This document shows, in pieces, positions 53,301 to 64,000 of a DNA stretch of 64,000 nucleotides; within the stretch, counting starts at the first letter, position 1; the number at the start of each line of letters is the position of its first letter. Location: NCBI RefSeq assembly GCF_006345805.1, contig NC_042997.1, positions 17,732,001-17,796,000 of the forward strand, read 5' to 3'. The stretch comes from Octopus sinensis. Lineage: Eukaryota. A program made the position numbers and the translations under genes. The notes beneath the pieces were generated by a model. That model had not been told where the DNA came from, did not search any database, and saw nothing but the letters and a program-made list of their open reading frames with translations.

Positions 53301-53554
53301 GAGGCAGATTAAAAGCTGTTCTAATTTATGTAGAATCCATATTAATTTCATTGTTTTACATTTTACTAATATAAAAGAGAGAAGTAAAAGCTAAAGTAAA
53401 TAAGTAGGGGTAACAAGTGACTAAAGGCAAAGTCATTGTTTTTCTTTTTTTTTTTATTGTTTAGTCAAAAGGGAAGGATAGTGCCCATAATCTTTTCCAG
53501 AGCCTCTAAGACTACTGGGAGGAAGGGGGGAGTGGGGAGAGAAAAGAGAGGTAC

Positions 53555-53860
53555 ACTCAGATTTCAGACCTAGCCCAAAAGCTTGTAACAAAAGTAGAAT
53601 CTGCTAAAAACACCTGAGGATTGGATTGAATTTATTCACCTGAAATAGTGAGATTATAATTCAGAATGCCAAGAGTCAGAACAAATACTACCAGGTATCT
53701 TGTCTAAGACTTAATGATTCTGCCAGTCCAGTCCACCACAAAAGATTGGTACTTTATTGATTGACCCAGAAAGACTAGGTTGACTTTGGTAGGATAGGAA
53801 CACAGAATGCAAGAAACCAGAAAATAAATATCACCAGGCATTTTGACCGATGTGCTATTT
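53555..53860 (-). mobile_element. Old tRNA-derived SINE fragments, third family (also about 40610-40760 +, 49960-50110 -, 55340-55540 +)
   Basis: Shared ttctga.ttcaaat.c.g...aggtcaact..gcttt motif in both orientations. Confidence 0.5.
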
Positions 53861-54587
53861 CACTCTATACTACTTAAACATCAATGTATAATTCAGTTTT
53901 TTAGTTAAACTATAGCCTGGTACAGCCGTTTCTAAAAGTGGAACATCATACACAATATGAATGTTTTGCACTCTGTTCCTTTTTGTTTATTTTTAAATAT
54001 GTTACTAGTAATATTTCAACAAAAATGGTCAGAAAGTAAAGCTTTCTATTAAAACTGAGGACCCATGGAAAATGAAAGAAATGACTGCATAGAAAAGATG
54101 AAAAATTTAATCCCCAAAATGTTATTATACTTGAATATTAATAACTTACTTTTATAACTAGAACTTGTTAAATCTATTGAGTACCCACAACTGGAAATAA
54201 ATTATATAATCTAATAAAATCTGACAATTGAAAACAAAGATCATGTAAATGAATGCTGCTCTCTAAGAAAGAAATAATATCTATTTTATGCATTTAAGTA
54301 AAATCTCTAAGAGTACAAGTAGAATTCCAGAAGTGACTATAAAACCCCTTAACTCCTTGACAGCTGATTTCCTGATATGATAACAATTACTAATAACAAA
54401 AATAACATTTTCTCACATAAAAGTCATCCAATTTCAGTATGTGTCGTAACATGAAGTAGGATGCAGAAATTATGTAAGAAATAGATGTTGTAAACTTCAG
54501 ATCCAGAATGGTTTGAATGCTTTTAGTAATTTCATATTTTATATTAATAAAATAAAGTATTAGACAACAATCTTTGATAAATTTCAG

Positions 54588-54692
54588 CCTTTATCTCCAC
54601 TGTACTTGAAGTAGATAAATTATGGGCCTCCTCAGTTATGCTCTCTATACATTTCATTCTTGTCATGGAGACTTCAGTGAAGATGGATCTTG
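54588..54692 (+). CDS. Candidate exon I (FISTVLEVDKLWASSVMLSIHFILVMETSVKMDL, phase 1-1)
   Basis: Acceptor atttcag, donor TTG|gtaaga, single open frame. An alternative acceptor at 54635 would give YALYTFHSCHGDFSEDGS (phase 2-2). Confidence 0.35.
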
Positions 54693-56880
54693 GTAAGATT
54701 CTTAAGTGAAGGTCACAGCACTCTAGACTCATTCAACAACACTAAAATGTAGTAATGATAAATACTTGCAATGATAAAATTTTTGTTAGTCAGGAATAAC
54801 ACACAACTGAAATTATCTTGAATATAAAACCACCAAAGATTTTAGGTGTTAATAAGTTCAGTTGTTGTGAGGATGGACATAGATCTGACATTACAGACAC
54901 AAGTCTGCCAGTGCAGATTTCTTAGTTTCTTCTAATTACTGGTCTTACTCTTTAAAAAAAATCAGGCTTCACAGTCTCTGATACCATTTTATGTTGACCT
55001 AAATCTATAACATAGTCAAAATTGCCTTTCAGATGTTAAATTTTAGATCAAGAGCAGAAATACTTTGACATTTATTGACCATATTCAAAATCAGTTGAAA
55101 CCCACATTTAAGTAATGCTTACATATATAGATTGAGATAACTGCTAGCCACATAAGCATTTCGGATCACATTTAAAGAAAACTGTCTGATGGATTCACAC
55201 ATCTACATTTACCAGCATGCTATAATTTACTAGCCTATAATCAGTACTGCCTCCACCAATATACTACAACCACTACTCCCTCAATTTATATGCTGCTATA
55301 ATTTCTACTGCACAAGTATCCTATAATTACTATTGCTCCTAAGGACATGCCAGAAGAACTGTTAAAGTGGTGGAAAAAAAAACACCTTGTGGCATTCATT
55401 CCAGCTCTTTACTTTCTGAATTCAAATCCAGTCAAGGTCAACTTCGCTTTTCGTTTCTAGGGTTGAAAAATTAGGTAACACTCAAGTCTTGGGGTCAATG
55501 GTATAGACTAGCCTTCTCTCCTAAAAACTGTTGGCCATGTCAACATACTATATGGGTACTATAATCACTGCTCCTACCCAACATACTACAACAGCTACTC
55601 TTCCCATTAGAATACTGTAATTACTATTCTAATCCCCAAAGTTCTACAATTACAGCTGCCATCCAGCATGCTTCAATCATTACACCCTATAAACGTGTTA
55701 CTTTTACAAACCCCATCAACATTCTACAATCCCTACTGAGCCCTAATCGTGTTACAATCTAGTGATTTTCCTACCACCATTCTACAATTCTCCCATAACC
55801 ATCTTGTTATAGTTACTTTGAGTTGCTCTAGACATGCTGCTGTTACTACAACACTTTTTACTTTCCAGAACTAGGATTATATGTGCAATTCCTGTCTCAT
55901 CATATCAATTGTATTTTACTCAACAAACTTTGAAATTTCAATCTCTCCTTTCTAGAATGTCAACTTTATAGATTCTTGCCCTACCTACTTTCACTTTCCC
56001 TGCAGTTATTGAAGTACAGAGCTTCTATCATAGTATTGAAAGCTGGTCAAATGCTGTAGACTAAATAAAATAGTAGAATATCAAATAAATTAATATAATT
56101 TTGACATTTTTAAACTTTATTTCCTAATGAGTGAAACAAAAGCTCTGAAGGGATTGATCAGGAATTTTATTGCCAGCTTATATATTATGAAATCATACTT
56201 ACTACAGAATTTTTTTTTGTGCCTCTTGTCAGAAATATAATTCTAAGTGGCTAATTCATCTAGCTTTTAATAATACACATGACATAATTTGATAATGGTT
56301 AAACTCTCTCTGTTTAATTTCTATGTCTAATATATGTATTCTGCTCATTTTCACCTACTCTCCCCAACATTTATCTATTTCTTCAAAATTGGTATTGTGC
56401 ATCAGTGTTTTTCTGTGTTGTGTGTGAAAAGTTTATATCTCCCTTAATAAACCTCTTTTATCTCTTCACTCTTTCTTTTTCTTATATAAAGTCACTTTCA
56501 CTCCCATTGTTCCATAGCTAATTTTCAAATTTATTTAAGATATTGTTTGCCTTTATTTTCATTTAAAAATTCATTATAGACTTACTTTGTTCATATTTTT
56601 CAAAAAGTTCCTACCTGTAATTTTTTCCTTGGCAGTAGATATAACCATTTCACTGCACCAATGTTATAAACTTCATCTATTTAAGTTTTATTACACTTCT
56701 TGTTAATGTTTATATTATTTTCATCAATATTCAAATTAATTATCCAGTAGCTTCCATTCATTTTAAAATGCAACAAACCTGCATCCAGTCAACTTTAAAT
56801 AGATATTTGATCATTTGCCAACTAATTCTCCTTGCTCAGTTTAAAACCACTGGATTGTTCTAAAAGTTCACTTCTGTCAG

Positions 56881-56918
56881 ATGATCGATTACATGAAACG
56901 TGGAGTAACAGTTTGTGA
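56881..56918 (+). CDS. Candidate terminal exon J (DRLHETWSNSL*)
   Basis: Acceptor cttctgtcag; a phase-1 start matches exon I; TGA at 56916-56918. Confidence 0.25.
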
Positions 56919-57059
56919 TGTTTTTCTGCTTCAGTAAAACCCTGAATCATAATTATCATCATCACTTAGTGTCTGTTTTCTATGTTGGCATGTATGGGCT
57001 GGTTTGACAGGATCTGGCAAGCAACACGGTTGTGATGAGCACCATTCCAATACATAGAT

Positions 57060-57240
57060 GCAAGCATGGGTATTCAGTAAGAAGCTTGCTTCTCAACAAC
57101 ATGGTTCTGAGTTCAGTTCCACTGTGTGGCACACAGAGTAAGAGTCTTCTACTATATAGCCCCAGGTAGACCAAAGCCTTGTGAGAAGATTTGGTAAAAT
57201 GGAAACTGAAAGAAGCCCATCTTGTATATGTGTGCAGCTG
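57060..57240 (+). mobile_element. tRNA-derived SINE head
   Basis: gtaagaagcttgcttctcaacaacatggttctgagttcagttccactgtgtggc...gaccaaagccttgtgag...ggaaactgaaagaagccc. Confidence 0.75.
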
Positions 57241-57332
57241 AATGTGCTTGTATAGGTGTGTATCAGTACAGGATTTACTCCGTATATATGTGCATCTCTC
57301 TCTATATGCATGTCTGTGTGGATATATATATA

Positions 57333-57377
<45 letters not shown>

Positions 57378-57939
57378 ATATATATGCTTTTGGTGTGATC
57401 TGCATGTATGCATATGCGACTATAGGGACATCTGTGTGTGTATTTGTATGCATACATTTGTACGTATATGTATTTGTATTGTGTATTTTTGTATGCATTT
57501 TATGTGTGTATATATTTATACTTATGCATATACATATATGTTCATGTGTCTGTTACTGTCTGATTCTGTGTGGTCAATAGGTACATTAATGGGTATAAAA
57601 GTATATAGCTGTGTGAGTACAGTTGTGTAACTTTTTAGTATGTTATTGCTTATGTGCATGTGCTTTTTTTGTAGGTTTGAATATCACTTTGGTTTTACTA
57701 CAGTTCTTTGGGATAGAAAGTAATTTGAGGCATGGTTAGAAAATGTTATTAAAATTAGGGTCCATAAGCTTTTATTTGTAGTCTTTTGATCTTTTGGTCC
57801 TATTTGAAAATTATCTTGTTGGATACTGCCTCTTGGTTTAATTTTTATATCTCCAATTGTATGCTCCCTGTTGAATTCATTTATATTATATTTTTGTATA
57901 TGTATTTTTATATACTTCTTATTAAATTTTTTAAAATTT

Positions 57940-58446
57940 ATCGAACCAAATATCAATGGAAACAGTAGTTGTGATACCTGTGCTGGTGACACATAAAAAG
58001 CACCATCCGAACGTGGCCATTGCCAGTGCAGCCTCCACTGGCTTCTGTGCCGGTGGCACATAAAAAGAACCATCCGAACGTGACCGATGCCAACCCTGCC
58101 TCAAATGGCTTCTGTGCCGGTGGCACATAAAAAGCACCATCCGAACGTGGCCGATGCCAGCACCGCTTTGACTGGCTTCTGTGCCGGTAGCACATAAAAA
58201 AAAAAGCACCAACTGATCGTGGCTGATGCCAGACCCCTCTGGCTCCTGTGCAGGTGGCACGTAAAAAGCACCCACTACGCTCGCGGAGTGGTTGGCATTA
58301 GGAAGGGCATCCAGCTGTAGAAACACTGCCAGACCAGACTGGAGCCTGGGGCAGCCCCTGGCTCCCCAGACCCCAGTCGAACCGTTCAACCCGTGCTAGC
58401 ACGGAAAACGGACGTTAAACGATGATGATGATGATGATGATGATGA
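57940..58446 (+). mobile_element. Young RTE 3' UTR copy with 4-5 tandem units and (GAT)n tail
   Basis: CpG-rich; units aaaagcaccatccgaacgtggcc...gtgccggtggcacat; conserved end ccgtgctagcacggaaaacggacgttaaacgatgatg. Confidence 0.85.
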
Positions 58447-58754
58447 CTACAACTATTTTACTTCCTCTCCTTATCTTTTCCTTAGATGTGATACCTTAGT
58501 TGATGTGAAATTGAAGTCTTTATTTTTATTGACAATAAGAAGCTAATTTTACCTAGTCCCCCTTCTTCCATACATTGCATATGTAAAGAGAAAATTTTGC
58601 ATGTGTACTTTGTGTTGAATCATTGGAAACTGAAAGGAAGAAACCTAAGAAGATAGAAGATACTCAACAGCCTTACTAGTTGGCTGGGGTCAAATGTAGT
58701 GGACTTCCATGAACTCTAATGCCCACAGAAATGGTGAACAAAAAGATCTCCCTC

Positions 58755-58793
58755 TCATCATCGTTGTTGTCGTCGTCGTCGTCGTCGTCATCG

Positions 58794-58842
<49 letters not shown>

Positions 58843-59280
58843 TTAACATTTGTCGTCTATGATGGCATGGGTTTGATGTTTTAAAAGGAGCTCGCAAGCT
58901 GGAGAGCTGCACCAGGCTTTATTTTCTGCTTTGGCATAGCTTCTACAGCTGGATGCCCTTCCCAATGCCAACTACTTTACAGAGTGTACCGCATGCATTT
59001 TATGTGACACCAGCACTTGTGCTTTTTATGTGGCACCAACACTAGTGAGGTTGTCAAGTAACTTGGGAAAAGAACACTTCTCAGCTGGGAGCAGGAGTAG
59101 AACAGAAGGAAGTGGCTTTGTGTCAGGTGAGAGGTTAGAGCATAATAGAGGGATGGAGATAGGTATCTTACTACAGAGGAGATACTTAGCTACCTCAGTA
59201 GGAAAAGAAAGAAGCAAAAGGAGAGATAGAGTCTGGAATAGAGAAAAGTAGATAGTGTTGCAGAGAACGGCAAGTGTAGG
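58755..59280 (-). mobile_element. RTE 3' tail (-) with the conserved module and purine-rich segment
   Basis: (CAT/CGT)n at 58755-58841, family end, and module aggtatcttactacagaggagatacttagctacc at 59161-59195. Confidence 0.7.
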
Positions 59281-59289
59281 GGATACAGT

Positions 59290-59900
59290 TCTATATTTAA
59301 GAGATGAGGAATTATGTACATTATTTACATTTGACGGATATTTGTCCTCATCTTGTTAATGCAACATTTCAGTTGATATACCTTCCAGCCTTCATCAGGT
59401 GTCTTGGGAATATTTCGAGCCTTGGTTCTCATTCCTAAGGTATTTTTCGATGTTATTATTTATTGTTATTATTATTCAGGTCAATGCCTCGGAATCTTGG
59501 GATTAGTAGCCCATGCTCTTAACTACTATGCCATATGCCAGTGGGCAATTATGGAATGAATTTTATGGCTTAAAAATCTAATATTTTCCTATCCTTCATT
59601 TAATACTAGTTCCATATGCTATTAATATCTTCACTCAGTCTACTTAAGAGGGTGTTGTGTCCTAGCATATATACTGTTTCTTTTAGTTTTCGTATTTTCC
59701 ACTGGTGTTCTATGTCTATTATTTTATCTTCATTCCACAAGGGAAGGTGGTTTCCATTTTTTCATACATGATCAGCTATACCTGATTTATCAATATCTCC
59801 TCATGTCACAGCTTTGTGATGTTCCTCTACCCTTATTTTGATGGGGGTGGCATGTTTCCCCTTTGTATGACCTACCATAGCTACATGGGATGGAGTACAT
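59290..59900 (-). mobile_element. Penelope-like element 3' end: GIY-YIG endonuclease domain plus 3' UTR
   Basis: Minus strand reads MYSIPCSYGRSYKGETCHP(fs)IKIRVEEHHKAVT*GDIDKSGIADHV*KNGNHLPLWNEDKIIDIEHQWKIRKLKETVYMLGHNTLLSRLSEDINSIW, a typical Penelope GIY-YIG C-terminus. Confidence 0.85.
59357..59403 (-). ncRNA. Eroded hammerhead ribozyme motif
   Basis: gacac-CTGATGA-aggctg(gaaggtatat)caact-GAAA-tgtt-gcatt: both core boxes are present, and the stems are partly broken, several by CpG-type changes. Confidence 0.55.
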
Positions 59901-60299
59901 GCAGAGAGAGAGAGGGAAAGAGGATGTGAGAGAGAAAGGGCAAGAGAGAGAAAGGGGTGAGAGAGAGAAAGGGAGAGAGAAAGAGAAAGGGAGAGAGAAA
60001 GAGACAGGGAGGGAGAGAGAGAAAGAGAAAAAGAGAGAGAGAAAGAGAGATGTAATTTCTAATGCTTTACTGATTGAGCTTACCTGAAGTATATATTAAA
60101 TATATCGATAATGACTTAATATGTATTGCAAATAGATATTAATAAATCTTCAATGAAAAATTTTAAAATGAAAATAAAATGAAGTGGATTATTGAAAATA
60201 TTTAATGAGTTTTTCAGCTGTGAAGTGAATGATGTCGTCTGTTGCTTCCCTACTTAAGCTGAACAGAAATATTTATTAGATGTATAAGTGTATGCAATA

Positions 60300-60323
60300 C
60301 AAATCTATCTATCTATCTATCTA

Positions 60324-60402
<79 letters not shown>

Positions 60403-60407
60403 TTCTG

Positions 60408-60441
<34 letters not shown>

Positions 60442-60830
60442 AATCCAGCTATCTGTCTCTCTGTCTATTTGTCTGTCCATTTGTCTATCTGTCTATCTAT
60501 CTGTGTATCTGTCTGTCTGTCTCTCCCTTTCTCTCCCTCCCTCCCTACCTATCTACCTATCTATCTGACTGTGTGTCTGTCTGTCTTCCTCTATCCATTC
60601 CTCCATCCATCCTCCATCCATCCTCCCATCCATCCATCCATCTATCCATCCATCCTCCATCCATCCTCCCATCCATCCATCCATCCATCCATCCATCCAT
60701 CCACCCATCCAGCCATCTATCTATTTTTCTATCTATCTGTCTGTCTGCTTGTTGGTCTGTCTGTTTGCCTGTCTGTCTGTGTTCAACTGTTTCTTCATCA
60801 GTTTGTTTGTCTGATTGTCTGCCTGTCTGC

Positions 60831-60910
<80 letters not shown>

Positions 60911-61315
60911 ATCTATCTATCTATCAATCCAGCTATCTGTCTCTCTGTCTATTTGTCTGTCCATTTGTCTATCTGTCTATCTATCTGTGTATCTGTCTGT
61001 CTGTCTCTCCCTTTCTCTCCCTCCCTCCCTACCTATCTACCTATCTATCTGACTGTGTGTCTGTCTGTCTTCCTCTATCCATTCCTCCATCCATCCTCCA
61101 TCCATCCTCCCATCCATCCATCCATCTATCCATCCATCCTCCATCCATCCATCCCATCCATCCATCCATCCATCCATCCATCCATCCACCCATCCAGCCA
61201 TCTATCTATTTTTCTATCTATCTGTCTGTCTGCTTGTTGGTCTGTCTGTTTGCCTGTCTGTCTGTGTTCAACTGTTTCTTCATCAGTTTGTTTGTCTGAT
61301 TGTCTGCCTGTCTGC

Positions 61316-61407
<92 letters not shown>

Positions 61408-61480
61408 TTATCTGTCTGTCTGTCTGTCTGTCTGCCTACTTGCCAGTCTGTCTGTCTGTCTGTCTGTCTGCATATATGTT
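60300..61480. repeat. (TCTA/TCTG/TCCA) satellite block with a 484-bp tandem duplication
   Basis: The unit starting caatccagctatctgtctctctg occurs at 60441 and 60925; accounts for ORFs 60280..61576. Confidence 0.9.
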
Positions 61481-61499
61481 TATGTATATGTATGTCAAC

Positions 61500-62350
61500 A
61501 TCATCAGCATCGTCATAGTCATCATCATCATTTAACATCCATCTTCCATGCTGGTTGGTATGACAGGAGCTTGTAAGCCTGAGGACTGCACCAAACATCA
61601 CTGTCTGCTTTGGCGTAGTTTCCGCAGCTGGATACCCTTTCTAACTCCAGCCACTTTACAGAGTAGACTGGGTGCTTTTTATGTGACACCAGCACTGGCA
61701 AGGTGTTTTGCCATGGTTTTATGGTTGGATACCCTTTCTAATGCTTACCACTTTACAGAGTGGGCTGGGTGCTTTTTATATGGCAGCAGCACCAGTGAGG
61801 TCACCGAATAACTTGCAAGACAAAGATCCCTTAACTGAGAGTGGGTGTAGTATTGAAAGAGGTTTGAAAGAGGTGGCTTTGTGCCAGGTGATGAGCATTT
61901 AAACTATGATAGAGGAACAGAAACAGGTGTCTTGTTGTAAAGAAGATAAACGGTTACCCTAGTCTGAGGGAGAAAGAAAGTGAGAGAGAGGAAGAGTGTG
62001 AGAGAGTGAAAGTAAGAGAGAGTGAGAGAGATAGTTGCAATGTGTAAGGCATGCTGTCGAGACACAAGGAGGTGAATATAAATGGAATGGGAGATGATTG
62101 TTCAGGGTGCATGAATAAGGAGTTCACAAAGGTGCAGAAGTGTGAGAGGTGAGTGAAAAGGGGAATGCTGCAAGTGATGAAACACAGGTATATTAAAGAG
62201 CAAGAGGGAAGACAGGAGAGAGAGGGATGATTTAACAGTGTTGATATACAGAGGGAGGGGAGAGAAAAGCCTTGTGTATGAAGAAGAAATGTAGTTTGGT
62301 TCATTGGGGGTAAGGTGTGTGATTTAATATTACATGTGGATGGAATAGAT
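61500..62350. mobile_element. Composite repeat: RTE tail (-), module and purine-rich tract
   Basis: CAT tail at 61500, module aggtgtcttgttgtaaagaagataaacggttaccc at 61925-61959, and an A/G-rich tract to about 62350. Confidence 0.55.
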
Positions 62351-62359
62351 AGCACTTCC

Positions 62360-62690
62360 AGAACTCAGTTTTGCTGAGGTGGGAGGTTCTTCTCAAGAAA
62401 CTCATATTGCCAGACAACTCAGTCCCTTGTCATATCCTCTATGAGGCCCAACATCTTGAGATTAACCCTCATCATTTCATCCCATGTCTTCCTGGGTCAC
62501 CCTCTTCCACAGGTGTCATCCACTTTAAGTTATTGACACTTCTTTATACAGCTGTTCAAACCAAGTTAGCCATCTCTCTTGCATGCTGGATCTGATTCCT
62601 CTTATGCCAAACTTTTCACTCAGCACATTTGCACTTTGTTGGACATGCACACTGATGTTGCACACCCATTGGAACATACCTCTCCAGGCA
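62360..62690 (-). mobile_element. Decayed RTE RT C-terminal fragment
   Basis: ORF 62525..62743 has QQSANVLSEKFGIRGIRSSMQERWLTWF. Confidence 0.7.
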
Positions 62691-63054
62691 AAAAGAATAA
62701 TTTTAGAATACAGACACATGTACATGCACACACACACACACACATTTTAAATAACAATGATTCTAGCTTACATTATTATTGCTGTACAACCCATTAAAAA
62801 TAATGCTATACTATATTACAAAGCATAGCCCTCTAGATTTTAGCCAACACTCTTATATATAGATTGATGTAAAAACCATATCTTTATGTATAATATATTT
62901 ATGGACATTAAAAGTAGAATCAGCTGGAATACTTTCAATCCTGTGTTGGGATTTCATCTGGAACCCAAACCCTCTTTCATTGTCCACAGAAACACTAATT
63001 ACAAAATCTTCTACTATATAAGTAAATCAGACAGACTAATTGTATAAATTGCAC

Positions 63055-63200
63055 AGTTGTCATTGTGTGGTTAAGAAGCTTGCTTCTCAATCATGTGGTG
63101 TTACGTTCAGTCCTACAGCACAGCACTGTGAGCAAGTGTCTTCTAGTATAGCCATGGGCTGACCAAAGCCTTGTGACTGAGTTTGTTAAACAGAAACATA
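63055..63200 (+). mobile_element. tRNA-derived SINE head
   Basis: gtgtggttaagaagcttgcttctcaatcatgtgg...gagcaagtgtcttctagtatagccatgggctgaccaaagccttgtga. Confidence 0.75.
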
Positions 63201-63309
63201 TGCAGTTATAGAATACATATATACACACATACATACAAACATACATACATACATGCATACATACATACACACATAATACATACATACGTACACACACACA
63301 CACATATAT

Positions 63310-63860
63310 ATATAGGTTATGAGAGGTAATAGTGTCAAGAAGACCCAAAGGCGTCAGGTAATGCTGAGTAAGTGCTATGGACAAACTATAGTTAAGCGCC
63401 AGGTTCAGTGATTATGTGAATGAGGAGTCCAACGTAGGTCATATATCAGTATGCGTATATATAAAAAGATAACAGATTGAGATAAAAATCCAAGGCTGTG
63501 AAGGATTTCAGAACATTTATAAAGAGAAGGTCTTACAGCTGTTTCTGGGATATTTTATCTATCCCTTCATCGGAGACGGTGTGAGACAATGGTTAAGCAA
63601 TAGTTAATTTAGATAAGATATGCAATAGAAAGTGAAGTGGAGGAATGAAAACAGATGTGAGATATTCAAGGATATTGTATCTGCAGTTCCATTATTTAGG
63701 CAGAATGGTATACAAATAAGATTCCTGTACCTTCTCTGTAAGTTCCAATAGTATTTAAAATTGGTCATTCCAAGCATTGATTTTGTAAATGGTATTATTG
63801 AATTGAGGGATTTTTGAAGTGACTTAAAAGTTGGGAATGTGTTTGTAAGGTCAAATCAAA
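63310..63860 (-). mobile_element. Probable second Penelope-like 3' fragment
   Basis: A decayed EKVQESYLYTILPK*WN at about 63745-63690 resembles the GIY-YIG terminal E..I....P.LN motif and is followed on the same strand by a hammerhead motif. Confidence 0.55.
63530..63577 (-). ncRNA. Minimal type I hammerhead ribozyme
   Basis: Minus strand: GUCU-CCGAUGA-A-GGGAUA(gauaaaa)UAUCCC-A-GAA-ACAG/CUGU-A-AGAC. Stem I is 4 bp, stem II is 6 bp, stem III is palindromic, and the cleavage triplet is GUA. Confidence 0.75.
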
Positions 63861-64000
63861 GACAGGAAGAGAGGAAAAAAGAAAAGAAAAAAAAAGAAAA
63901 TCAGGGAGAGAGATAATAAAGAAATGAAGAGAGGGAAAGTGTATTGGTTAGTGGTCAGTCAGGATAAATTGATAGAAGGAATGGGGAGGTAAGGGTGACA

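Noticed and set aside
57975-58270. Repeat-spacer-like arrays resembling CRISPR (also 22790-22990, 25961-26350, 48955-49300)
   Set aside because: The variable parts are homologous to each other, the arrays sit inside retroelements, there are no cas genes, and the DNA is eukaryotic.

Overview
AT-rich, repeat-saturated animal genomic DNA. The SINE/LINE repertoire and (CAT)n/(GAT)n-tailed elements look like an octopus (coleoid cephalopod) genome; this is recognition, not a database result. Most of the window is microsatellites and transposon debris: roughly two dozen 3' fragments of an RTE-clade LINE in both orientations, several tRNA-derived SINE families, a decayed CR1/L2-like LINE, two Tc1/mariner transposons (one maT/DD37D-like with TIRs, one Tc1 with a countable DD34E triad), a 141-bp-TIR MITE, a Helentron/DINE-1-like element and two Penelope-like fragments. 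Almost all ORFs in the supplied track are microsatellite or TE artefacts. By hand I found ten + strand candidate exons (10595-56918) with canonical AG/GT sites and compatible phases, giving an unidentified ORF of about 279 aa. This is a hypothesis open to selection bias. Best leads: a complete minimal hammerhead ribozyme fold at 63530-63577 (-) behind a Penelope-like 3' end; a second, eroded hammerhead plus a tRNA-like module behind a clear GIY-YIG domain (59290-59900); a pre-miRNA-sized hairpin at 29817-29884; long intronic inverted repeats that would be ADAR substrates; and a candidate exon whose strongest acceptor needs read-through of one UGA. I found no rRNA, intact tRNA gene or CRISPR array. 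TE boundaries were set by eye and are approximate to tens of bp unless stated.
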